This document shows, one piece after another, positions 38,859 through 47,428 of a stretch of 48,612 nucleotides of DNA (the stretch's first letter is position 1; each line of letters starts with the position of its first letter). The DNA comes from an uncultured Bacilli bacterium (GTDB lineage Bacteria > Bacillota_I > Bacilli_A > RF39 > UBA660): assembly GCA_944358235.1 (NCBI GenBank), contig CALVQL010000001.1, positions 1 through 48,612 of the forward strand, read 5' to 3'. A program made the translations under genes and the position numbers. A model generated the notes under the pieces. That model saw only the letters and a program-made list of their open reading frames with translations. It was not told the DNA's origin and ran no database searches.

Positions 38859-38999
38859 ATAAACTGCCACTCCTTTATTCTATATAAATTATTTTAGCAT
38901 AGCAGTTCCTTTTTTTCAACGGCAGCTACTCCAATTTCCAGATATGTTTTAACGCGCTCAGTAATTTTTATTAACACATATTTTTAACATTCTATTTTA

Positions 39000-39350
39000 C
39001 TAGGACAATTTAAATTCGATTCCAACAATCTTCGAGTTATTTACTTCATCTTCTCCAAATATTTTATATAAAGCATCAACAAATTCTTCTTTGGTATAAT
39101 TCAACGCATTATTTGAAACTTTTTCCTTATCTTTCCATAATTCATCAACATCAGCATAAATATACTTATTAGTAACTTCGACGATTAAGAAATAGTCATT
39201 ATCTACTACTCGAAATTTTATCTTGTCACCTATTTTTATCCTTTCCGATTTTTCATTTAATAATCTGAACTCAATATTCTTTTGACCAGATATCATTTCA
39301 TCATAAACATTAGGATATATCCTATATTCAATTAAACTATTATGTTCCAT
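39000..39350 (-). CDS. ASCH domain protein
   Basis: 116 aa. ISGQKNIEFRLLNEKSERIKIGDKIKF resembles the ASCH beta-barrel signature. Confidence 0.6.
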   Translation of the reverse strand: MEHNSLIEYRIYPNVYDEMISGQKNIEFRLLNEKSERIKIGDKIKFRVVDNDYFLIVEVTNKYIYADVDELWKDKEKVSNNALNYTKEEFVDALYKIFGEDEVNNSKIVGIEFKLS

Positions 39351-39387
39351 TTTTTTAACATATCACCTATAAAATCAATCAATTATA

Positions 39388-39864
39388 TTACTCCCATGTA
39401 TATCTTGTCTTTAGCTCTTTCATACCTAGTTTCTTGTATAAGTCATTAGCTGGCATACCATACCAACACTCTAGTTCAATTCTAAGATTAGTTTGTCTTC
39501 GCAATTCCAATAATACATCCGAGCCAATTCCTAAATTTCTATACTTATTATCTATAAATATATTCTTTAAATAGATTATTTTTAAACCATCGATCTCCGA
39601 AGTTTCAATATTATATTCGAGTATTCCAACACCATGATTATTATATACGATAATAAATTGATAGTAATTGCTTTTTCCCATATGTCTTATAGCATCTTTT
39701 TCATCGTAATCATTCACTTTTTGGTCAATTAACCCTATTTTTTCGGCATATTGTTGATGCGATTTAATAAGTTCAACTTTATATTTAGCAAACAAATCAA
39801 TATCAGACTTGCTAGATAATTTCTTTAATTTTATAGGCAATACATGTTCCTTCTTTCTAAACAT
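39388..39864 (-). CDS. GNAT family N-acetyltransferase
   Basis: IFIDNKYRNLGIGSDVLLEL acetyl-CoA binding motif (Q/RxxGxG/A). 8-nt overlap with the upstream gene. Confidence 0.8.
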   Translation of the reverse strand: MFRKKEHVLPIKLKKLSSKSDIDLFAKYKVELIKSHQQYAEKIGLIDQKVNDYDEKDAIRHMGKSNYYQFIIVYNNHGVGILEYNIETSEIDGLKIIYLKNIFIDNKYRNLGIGSDVLLELRRQTNLRIELECWYGMPANDLYKKLGMKELKTRYTWE

Positions 39865-40606
39865 TTCCTAATTTATTGTATTCATCATCTGTTACAGGCT
39901 CACACCATTCATTTTGAGTTGCTTCACCTGGAACTTCAATAGCAATATGACTAAACCAAGAGTCTTTTTTAGCTCCATGCCAATGTTTAACATTTGCCGG
40001 AATAGTAATTACCATTCCTGGTTCTAAAGAGACAGCCTCACGTCCTTCTTCTTGATACCATCCTTGGCCATCAACACACACTAAAATCTGTCCGCCACCT
40101 TTTGTAGCATGATGAATATGCCAATTATTTCGACATCCCGGTTCAAATGTTACATTTGCCAAGAAAACATTTGTATTTTGGGGATTCGTTAATGGTTTGA
40201 GATAAGATTTTCCACTAAAATATTGGGCATATGCACTATTAGGTTCTCCTAGTCCAAAAATCCCTCCATGACTTCCTTCTGATGTATCATCAGCATAGAC
40301 TTCTTTAGCTAAGTTGAATACTGCCCAAGCATTTGGCCAACCAGCATAAAATGCTGCATGCGTAATAATTTCGGCCATTTCTTCTTTAGTAATACCATTA
40401 TTTTTAGCATTGATAAGATGATGCTTCAAAGAAGAATCGAATAAACCTTTTCCCATAAATACACATATGGTTACTAATGAACGGTCTCTTAAAGACAATT
40501 TATCTTCACGACTCCACACACTTCCAAATAAAACATCATCGTTTAATTCAGCAAACTTAGGAGCAAAATCTCCTAATTGATCTCTACCTGCAGTTTGTTT
40601 AACCAT
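39857..40606 (-). CDS. carboxymuconolactone decarboxylase-family / cupin fusion protein
   Basis: N-terminal CMD-like domain (LSLRDRSLVTICVFMGKG...EIITHAAFYAGWPNA). C-terminal cupin (NNWHIHHATKGGGQILVCVDGQGWYQ...KHWHGA). Confidence 0.8.
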   Translation of the reverse strand: MVKQTAGRDQLGDFAPKFAELNDDVLFGSVWSREDKLSLRDRSLVTICVFMGKGLFDSSLKHHLINAKNNGITKEEMAEIITHAAFYAGWPNAWAVFNLAKEVYADDTSEGSHGGIFGLGEPNSAYAQYFSGKSYLKPLTNPQNTNVFLANVTFEPGCRNNWHIHHATKGGGQILVCVDGQGWYQEEGREAVSLEPGMVITIPANVKHWHGAKKDSWFSHIAIEVPGEATQNEWCEPVTDDEYNKLGNV

Positions 40607-40635
40607 GTTAATCTCTCCAATCCATTTTTATGATT

Positions 40636-40779
40636 TTATTCTTCGACAATTTCTTCAAACATCGATTTAGGAACACCACATAAAGGACATTTCCAATCAG
40701 CTGGTAAATCCTCGAATTTTATATCTTGAGTGGCATCATCATAAATATAGCCACAAATTTTACAACGGTACTTCTTCAT
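40636..40779 (-). CDS. rubredoxin (47 aa, below the ORF-track length cutoff)
   Basis: Minus strand translates [47 protein letters not shown] with both CxxCG knuckles and the conserved W. AAGGAG lies 7 nt upstream of the ATG. Confidence 0.9.
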   Translation of the reverse strand: MKKYRCKICGYIYDDATQDIKFEDLPADWKCPLCGVPKSMFEEIVEE

Positions 40780-41067
40780 AAACTATCTCCTTTTCTATCA
40801 TATTAAGTATAACAAAATAATCGAGAAACCTCGTGCAAATACTTTCAATTTATTTACATAAGATAACGACATTTATGAACAACTATTAATCAATATTTAC
40901 AAGTTCATATTCGCGAGTACCTAAACCAATTTGTTCGGCATAAGGTAAAATGTGTCGCTCATTTTGTCTTTCTACTCTTTCGATAAAATACTACTTGTCA
41001 AGTGATGTCAATAGTCCAATATCATTCGTGCAATTTTTTTGAATTAGAATTACAATCGATATATTTT

Positions 41068-42783
41068 TTAACGGAATCCTCCGCCTCCGCCTCCGGAGCC
41101 GAATGATCCGCCGCCGCCTCCGCCAGAAGAGAAGCCGCCACCTCCAGATGAATAGCTTTCTGCTCTTTGTTTTGAGGTTGTTGCAACTCGCATCGAAGAA
41201 GATGCAATCGAATTTATAATTAAGAAATCCGTAAAACTGCATCCCATAGTATCATAAGCGTCTTCTAATAATTCAGGATACAATTTTTCAAATTGTTTGG
41301 CGACTTTATCAGCAATACCGAGAATTTGAGCATATATTAAATAATACTCCCACATATTAACTTCTATGGCCGTTTTGTCATCAATTCGGGAAAACTCCTC
41401 CAAGAAATTTTTTAATCCCTTTAGTTTTATTCCCTCTTCTTTCATTAAGAAATCAACTGTTAAAACTTTAGTCTTAAACAAATTGTTTTTAGTCGTTTCA
41501 AATACTTTTCCTTCATGAATAAGTATATATGTTTCACTATCGATGACTTTATCAAACCAATCAAAAATAATATCATAGTTTTTCTTACACCATTTTTCAA
41601 ACTCTTTGGATTCTAATACATCATCACGACTCGCCTTTTGCATCATTTGATGTAATTCTACTTCAAAATAATTATCAGAGGTAAACGTATCCGAATTAAG
41701 ACAGATTGCAGATGCTTCCTTCTTAACGATCAAACCCTCTTCAACTTTTTTAATTTGAATTTTTCCTTCCAATAGCCATTTTAAAAGAATTGCTCCTAAA
41801 AAATCCGTCTTATTTTTATTTAACTTGTATACCTCTGCAACCCAAAAAGCTCTATATATGTCTTTTTCAAATGGTATATCGCGAATATTCGGAACTTCTT
41901 TTGGTAAAATTCTCCCTTCTTTTCCAAAGGAGAAAACTTTTTTTCCAACAGTATTATTGGCTTTACTCACACTATTGATGATTAAAAATACGATACCTCC
42001 CCATGTTATTATGACGAAAAATGTAGAAATCATTTCCAAAAGTATTTCACTAAAATCTTTTTTATATGTAGTTGCTCCTTCTTCGGCCATATTAAAATAG
42101 TAATCAAAATTTTGATTAATACTATTCGAGGTATTAAAAGTTCCTTTGGTGAATTTAACTAATATCGTCATATATTCATCAGAATTAAGAGCTCCCTCGG
42201 AATTCATCTCAATATATCCATCATAAACATATGCCGTTCCACCGTAATTACCATATCCCCAGACTTCTAAATTACTGCTAAAATACTCATCCGAATATAT
42301 TTTTATATGAACATCATCCGGTTTAGATGATAACTCATAGGGAATTAAAGTCCAATAGATCATATCGGCATCAGTAAGAGTAGCAACAAACCCTTCAATA
42401 TCATACGTCAAAACATAAGTATGACTGCCATACTCACTAATTCCCCAACATAACTCAAAGCCATTTGAAAGATAATTTATTCCATTTTTATATGCTTTTT
42501 CATCAAATGAAGCATCCGTATCCCACGAGTCATCATATGTGTATTCTCGTCCATTTTCGCTTACTTTAAAATTTGTTATCTCGGCATTTCCGATATTATA
42601 ATATGGCTTATATCCTTCTGTTCCTTGGTCTAAATCAGCACTCCACGTTTCAGTTACATGAGCTGTTCCATCTTCATCTAAATATATGTCCATATCGATG
42701 CTAGATATGTCATTGGCATTTACAATTAAAGGAAATATAAACATCAAAATTGTAAATGGTATGAGTTTAAAGAATCTTTTCAT
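41068..42783 (-). CDS. DUF2207 family membrane protein with a glycine-rich C-terminal tail
   Basis: Signal peptide (FTILMFIFPLIVNA), then IDMDIYLDEDGTAHVTETW typical of DUF2207, central TM segments, and the tail SSGGGGFSSGGGGGGSFGSGGGGGGFR. Lies downstream of lemA, as is usual. Confidence 0.8.
   Translation of the reverse strand: MKRFFKLIPFTILMFIFPLIVNANDISSIDMDIYLDEDGTAHVTETWSADLDQGTEGYKPYYNIGNAEITNFKVSENGREYTYDDSWDTDASFDEKAYKNGINYLSNGFELCWGISEYGSHTYVLTYDIEGFVATLTDADMIYWTLIPYELSSKPDDVHIKIYSDEYFSSNLEVWGYGNYGGTAYVYDGYIEMNSEGALNSDEYMTILVKFTKGTFNTSNSINQNFDYYFNMAEEGATTYKKDFSEILLEMISTFFVIITWGGIVFLIINSVSKANNTVGKKVFSFGKEGRILPKEVPNIRDIPFEKDIYRAFWVAEVYKLNKNKTDFLGAILLKWLLEGKIQIKKVEEGLIVKKEASAICLNSDTFTSDNYFEVELHQMMQKASRDDVLESKEFEKWCKKNYDIIFDWFDKVIDSETYILIHEGKVFETTKNNLFKTKVLTVDFLMKEEGIKLKGLKNFLEEFSRIDDKTAIEVNMWEYYLIYAQILGIADKVAKQFEKLYPELLEDAYDTMGCSFTDFLIINSIASSSMRVATTSKQRAESYSSGGGGFSSGGGGGGSFGSGGGGGGFR
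41071..41154 (-). repeat. GC-rich low-complexity (GGN)n coding tract
   Basis: Plus strand reads cctccgcctccgcctccggagcc...ccgccgccgcctccgcc, a local GC spike in an AT-rich background. It encodes the poly-Gly tail and spawns two spurious Arg/Ala-rich ORFs in other frames. Confidence 0.9.
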
Positions 42784-42798
42784 TTTTTCCTCCTCATC

Positions 42799-42827
42799 GA
42801 AAAAAAGTCTACTGATAAAGTAGACTA
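42799..42827 (-). terminator. intercistronic hairpin plus U-run between lemA and the DUF2207 gene (terminator or attenuator)
   Basis: Minus strand: AGUCUACU-UUAUC-AGUAGACU followed by UUUUUUU, then the GAGGAGG RBS of the next gene. The stem overlaps the lemA stop codon. Confidence 0.5.
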
Positions 42828-43376
42828 GAATTTTACTTCGACATTTTTTCTTTCATCTTCGGTTGCTTCAAAGAAAGCTTTTGGTTTAAATCCGAACATC
42901 TTTGCAACTATATTAGATGGAAACATCTCTAGCTTATTTTTATAAGTCATTACTGCATCATTATAAAATTGTCTTGCAAAGCGAATCTTCTCTTCAACTT
43001 CATTTAGTTTATTCTGCAAATCCATAAAGTTCTGATTAGCTTTTAGATCAGGATAATTCTCTGCCAATGCAAATAATCTACCTAATGCTTCAGTTACTTC
43101 ACCAGCAGCTTTCATTTCCTCTTCTGCCGTCTTGGCATTCGTCGCCTTATTTCGTGATGTTATAACAGCTTCTAGAGTTTCACTTTCATGTTTAGCGTAT
43201 CCTTTTACAGTTTCAACGATATTAGGAATCAAATCATTCCTATTTTTCAACACAACATCGATTTGTGACCATTGATCCTCAACTTTATTTTTTACACTTA
43301 CTAATGAATTGTATGTTCCAATAACATATGCTATTAAAACTACTAATATAATTATCACTATAATAATCGCAATCAT
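42825..43376 (-). CDS. lemA: LemA family protein
   Basis: N-terminal TM segment, then YNSLVSVKNKVEDQWSQIDVVLKNRNDLIPNIVETVKGYAKHE and ENYPDLKANQNF, the classical LemA signature. Confidence 0.9.
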   Translation of the reverse strand: MIAIIIVIIILVVLIAYVIGTYNSLVSVKNKVEDQWSQIDVVLKNRNDLIPNIVETVKGYAKHESETLEAVITSRNKATNAKTAEEEMKAAGEVTEALGRLFALAENYPDLKANQNFMDLQNKLNEVEEKIRFARQFYNDAVMTYKNKLEMFPSNIVAKMFGFKPKAFFEATEDERKNVEVKF

Positions 43377-43474
43377 TTCTATCCTCCTTATATTAATATT
43401 ATATATAATAGAGTATTAAAAATAAAGCATTTTAAGCATTTAAACGACAAATTTTATTGCAAAATAATTTCTAT

Positions 43475-43711
43475 TTAACAAGCTAAATTCTGAATACTTT
43501 TATTCAAATCATCATTAAGCAAAATAGCTTTTTCGTTTATATCAAGTACTAAATCGATATTACGATTATTTATACGAACAAGAGTGGCGTTAGAGAAATC
43601 TGAAGTCATTTTTTCAAATGGAAAGCGAATAATTCCGGGAGTATTGAATCCAACGCCTAATTCTAGGAATAGTATCTTTTTATCTTTATTATCAGCGATG
43701 AATTCGTCATT
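43475..43711 (-). pseudogene. 3' remnant of a SIR2-family (NAD-dependent deacetylase-like) gene
   Basis: A 78-codon open frame with no start codon: NDEFIADNKDKKILFLELGVGFNTPGIIRFPFEKMTSDFSNATLVRINNRNIDLVLDINEKAILLNDDLNKSIQNLAC*. The LELGVGxNTPxII(K/R)xPF block is what I recall from the C-terminus of about 290-aa Firmicute Sir2-family proteins. Confidence 0.5.
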
Positions 43712-44091
43712 TCATGAATGTTACTGTCAAATACATCACCAAAGTTTTTTTCAAAATTGTCGACAAGAGCTTTGCCACCTCCGTTATGACCGTAGGTATC
43801 AGCCTCTTTAGTTGTATACTTATGAGAATTAGCTAAGAATGTACCTCCTGCCATATGATATGATAATAAAATGCCATCTACTTTAACATCGAGAGAAGCA
43901 ATATATCTTTCTAATTCTTCGTCATTATCGTAAAATGCCGGTGATTCAATAATTGCTAATTTTTGATTTTTCTCAAGTACTATGACCTGATTTGCTATCA
44001 AATCATTTGTATTATAATTATGTACTTTAATATCGCCCAAATCATAATTTATGACGCTTCCTTTATCTAAATTTTTAATATCTTTCTTCAT
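43663..44091 (-). pseudogene. truncated gene; the 5' half resembles an MBL-fold-like protein family and the last codons are out-of-family
   Basis: 142-aa ORF with RBS AAGGAG and a good upstream promoter (TTCACA-17-TATAAT). After ...NFGDVFDSNIHEMTN it runs into 11 junk codons and a stop. The adjacent frame continues as the SIR2 remnant. The family call is from memory only. Confidence 0.4.
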
Positions 44092-44214
44092 CTTAAACTC
44101 CTTTTAAATATATTCAAAGATGAACGTTCTTTCTTTGATAATTAAATTATAAATACTAGATTCTATCTTGTGAAGACTGCACTTTTTTGTAACATACTTA
44201 CCAATTAGTATAAA

Positions 44215-44245
44215 TTAAAAAAGATTGCATTTAATACAATCTTTC
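44215..44245 (-). terminator. rho-independent terminator after the 531-aa secreted protein gene
   Basis: Minus strand: AAGAUUG-UAUUAAAUG-CAAUCUU followed by UUUUAAUUU. Confidence 0.55.
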
Positions 44246-44295
44246 AGTAGATTCAGGACATCGATCAATACATCAATATTTTCTTGTTACCTACA

Positions 44296-45891
44296 TTAAT
44301 TTATAACAAAAGGATTCGTTACTGATCCATCTCCACTAATATATTCTGTTCCTGATTTTAAGGAAACTGCTGGTCGAACACCTCGAACATTACCTCCGTA
44401 ATCATTATCTAAAAGACCAGCAGAAGTCGTGTAGTAAATTCGAGTATCGACAGAATTAAAGAGTTGTGGTGACAAAAGCCAATAATGAGTTCCTGTATGC
44501 CTTCCACTTGTCCCTATCAAATTTGCTTCTTGATACGTAAGTAATCCGACTGGATAATCCAATGCCCCATTTCCTTTAGAGCTCTCCTCAACTGTAAATG
44601 AATCGATTTTATTTGGACAACTCAAATCTGTAGTATTATTATAAGAATGGAAATATAGATAGCTTGTTATATCACCACCATTAGGGTTCCATCCGCCCAA
44701 ATCATCTACACTCCTATCATTACACCATACTGTATCTTCCAAATAAGTGGTATATTCAGTCATATTAGCTTCATACCAAGTATCGATAGTGTCTTTTATC
44801 GTCGAATTCTTTGTATTAACATCATCGGCCGATAGCATCTCTTCTAAGGCTGTTTCTACCCTTTTTCCATCAGTTAACTTAATGTAATACGCTCCAGATG
44901 GATGTGATAAATATACATAATAAATTTCGTCTGTACATATACCTGTTGTATTAAAACAAGTATAATGGTTGCTATTTAATGAATTATACTCTGTTCCCCA
45001 ATTGTTAAGCGCTTTTGTATCAACTAATTCATAAGTGTTATTTTCGATGTCATACGTAAAACTATTTCCGTACATTCCTGTTAACCTAATGGCGTTCGTT
45101 TCGGAAGCCATTTGGTATCTGGTATTATACATATATCCGATATCTGCAACCGAATTAAAATTGAGATTAAATGCTGATGGACTATTTAACTGATTATAAC
45201 TTCCCCCCAATCCACAGTGTACACCATTATAAACAAGTTTAACTCCTCCCGTATCGGTCGTACGCACTATCTTCCAACAAAAGTTAGCAAACATCACGTT
45301 GTTGAATGTAGAATCATCATAGTAATATATTGCCGCATCATCTAACTTGTTTATTCCATAATTTCCGACATTATTTTTTATATATGCATATAAAGTAGAA
45401 TCTTCTATCTCTTCTCCAACATTATCTCGTTCAACAGCACTTGCTACTATTGTACAAGTAAATTCCGTTTCTATCTCTTCGGACGAATTCTTATTTAGTC
45501 TTACCGTTAATGTTCCTGATTCACTTGTCTTAGCTTCTACTATATCGGCATTCATTTCATTGGTAATCGTCAAGTATTCTGTACTACTTGGCGTACAATT
45601 GATTTCCACCTCAGCATCATATTGCGTCGAATTATTCGTTACGACATAATCTAGTACTGATGTCTCTCCCGCCACTTTTAAATCTTTGGTCGTATACGTT
45701 ATCGTTTTCTTGTCTTCGCTTATAAGATATGGAGAACTGACATTATCAAGTACTGCTTCACTAAAATAGATGTCAAAATTATCTTGATCAGCAATTATCC
45801 TAGCTCCACCATTTATTATCAATGTCGTACTTACTGCTGCAAATCCAACTGCCAATAACGATATCGCTATAAATATTCCTCTTCGTCTCAT
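44296..45891 (-). CDS. hypothetical secreted or anchored protein
   Basis: Start set at ATG 45889-45891 (MRRRGIFIAISLLAVGFAAVSTTLII..., AGGTGA upstream). N-terminal signal or anchor, a beta-rich N-domain, and a C-terminal region with YWLLSP...GVRPAVSLK...NPFVI, which recurs in uncharacterised Firmicute surface proteins as far as I recall. Confidence 0.6.
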   Translation of the reverse strand: MRRRGIFIAISLLAVGFAAVSTTLIINGGARIIADQDNFDIYFSEAVLDNVSSPYLISEDKKTITYTTKDLKVAGETSVLDYVVTNNSTQYDAEVEINCTPSSTEYLTITNEMNADIVEAKTSESGTLTVRLNKNSSEEIETEFTCTIVASAVERDNVGEEIEDSTLYAYIKNNVGNYGINKLDDAAIYYYDDSTFNNVMFANFCWKIVRTTDTGGVKLVYNGVHCGLGGSYNQLNSPSAFNLNFNSVADIGYMYNTRYQMASETNAIRLTGMYGNSFTYDIENNTYELVDTKALNNWGTEYNSLNSNHYTCFNTTGICTDEIYYVYLSHPSGAYYIKLTDGKRVETALEEMLSADDVNTKNSTIKDTIDTWYEANMTEYTTYLEDTVWCNDRSVDDLGGWNPNGGDITSYLYFHSYNNTTDLSCPNKIDSFTVEESSKGNGALDYPVGLLTYQEANLIGTSGRHTGTHYWLLSPQLFNSVDTRIYYTTSAGLLDNDYGGNVRGVRPAVSLKSGTEYISGDGSVTNPFVIN

Positions 45892-45944
45892 AGTATCACC
45901 TATTCTATATAAAATTATACAATAAAAAGCATTTGGACTCAACA

Positions 45945-46475
45945 CTATGATTCGGTCTTATTATTATCATACTTTTTTATAAATAATAGATAAATTAAGA
46001 TACTTAAAAATACTAAGTCGTAAATAGCAATGAAACCGCCTAGAAGGATATTTATACCAATATAACCGACGAAAATTCCTAACTTTATTAATAATGATAT
46101 TATGCCTTTATTTTTGGTCAAAGTAATAAGATAAGCCATTAGAGGTGAAAGACAAGCAAAAATAGTCCATCCTTTAATATATGTCCATCCATAAACTGAA
46201 TTCGTGAGTTCAGCTGTAATATAGTAAGTAATGAGCATACCAATACAAAATGTAAATATATTCATCATAGCAAATTTTTTATTCTTACTAAATAGACTGA
46301 TAATTACACCTATCAATATCCAGATTCCAATCTTAGAAAAGACATCACTTAGTGAAAATCCAAAATGTTGGACGTAACAATGAATGTCGATTTCTTTTAC
46401 GATAAAACCTGTAAATAATCCAATTATAAACATACTAATCGGATTTAATATGATGTTTTGGAGTTTATCTTTCAT
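45945..46475 (-). CDS. hypothetical polytopic membrane protein
   Basis: 176 aa with five or six hydrophobic segments and no recognised motif. Confidence 0.55.
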   Translation of the reverse strand: MKDKLQNIILNPISMFIIGLFTGFIVKEIDIHCYVQHFGFSLSDVFSKIGIWILIGVIISLFSKNKKFAMMNIFTFCIGMLITYYITAELTNSVYGWTYIKGWTIFACLSPLMAYLITLTKNKGIISLLIKLGIFVGYIGINILLGGFIAIYDLVFLSILIYLLFIKKYDNNKTES

Positions 46476-46538
46476 CTTTCACCTCGGCATTTAAATTTTC
46501 TTTTAAGAAGTTAATTCGCTTAGCTATGCTATCTTTTG

Positions 46539-47384
46539 TTATGCACTTCTTAAAACTCGGTCATATCCATGAATTGTCCCATGAGTTTCATTTAACAAGA
46601 CTCTAGCACCATTATCTTTTAAAAGCTTATAATATTCGATTCCTTCATCATGTAAGCAGTCGAATTCAGCAACCTCAATATAAGTATTAGGAATATATGA
46701 AGGCAATTTAGCATCGATTGGAGATGCTTCTTTTTTTGCGACTTCATTCAGTTTGTTCAAGTATAGGTTCCACATTTTAGCATTATTTTTACTATTCCAC
46801 AACGGGGTATCACTAAACTTTTTCATCGATTCCGTTTGCATCTTAGCATCAGTTGCTGGATATATTAACATTTGAGCACATAAATGATAATTATTCGTTG
46901 CACTAACTAAATAAGTTGTTATAGTTGCTCCAGCACTGTCTCCACCAACAGCAATTTTATCTGGGATGATTCTTAATTGTTCCGCATTTTGATACACCCA
47001 TTTAAAAGTAGTGATAGCATCTTCTTTTTGTTCATTGTAACCATACTTAGGCAATAGACGATAATCGGGAAATACTACTTTTATACCGACATTTTTAGCA
47101 TAAATGCATGCTAGTTTTTTATGATAGCCATCTGCTTTATAGCCGAAAGCTCCACCATGAAAATATATTAGGCATGGTCTTTTTATATTATCGTCTTTAG
47201 GTTCAAAAGTTTCAATTTTTAAACCGTTTTTTAAGACATAAACATTTCTCTTTATGTCTTTGGGAATACGCGTAAATTTTAAAATTATACTCTGAGGAAT
47301 TCGGGACAAATATATAATAGGAATACCAAAGGGAATTCTGAATAAATTATATTTTCTTAGTTCCTTATTTATACGATATTTCAT
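46539..47384 (-). CDS. alpha/beta hydrolase, HSL-type esterase/lipase
   Basis: Oxyanion-hole HGGAF and nucleophile elbow GGDSAGA. Confidence 0.85.
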   Translation of the reverse strand: MKYRINKELRKYNLFRIPFGIPIIYLSRIPQSIILKFTRIPKDIKRNVYVLKNGLKIETFEPKDDNIKRPCLIYFHGGAFGYKADGYHKKLACIYAKNVGIKVVFPDYRLLPKYGYNEQKEDAITTFKWVYQNAEQLRIIPDKIAVGGDSAGATITTYLVSATNNYHLCAQMLIYPATDAKMQTESMKKFSDTPLWNSKNNAKMWNLYLNKLNEVAKKEASPIDAKLPSYIPNTYIEVAEFDCLHDEGIEYYKLLKDNGARVLLNETHGTIHGYDRVLRSA

Positions 47385-47428
47385 AGTTCATTTTTCCCTT
47401 TCTTCGAATATTTTTTTAATCATTGTAT

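Noticed and set aside
38894-38980. 28-codon start-less frame (KYVLIKITERVKTYLEIGVAAVEKKELLC*) with locally raised GC, between the ASCH and zinc-ribbon genes
   Set aside because: It could be another gene remnant, but I cannot tie it to any family, and it is too short to distinguish from chance.
40991-41242. Two overlapping minus-strand ORFs (83 and 61 aa) rich in Arg or Ala/Glu
   Set aside because: They are alternative frames of the (GGN)n tract that encodes the poly-Gly tail of the DUF2207 protein. The RRRRR and AEAAA runs are frame artefacts of the GC-rich repeat.
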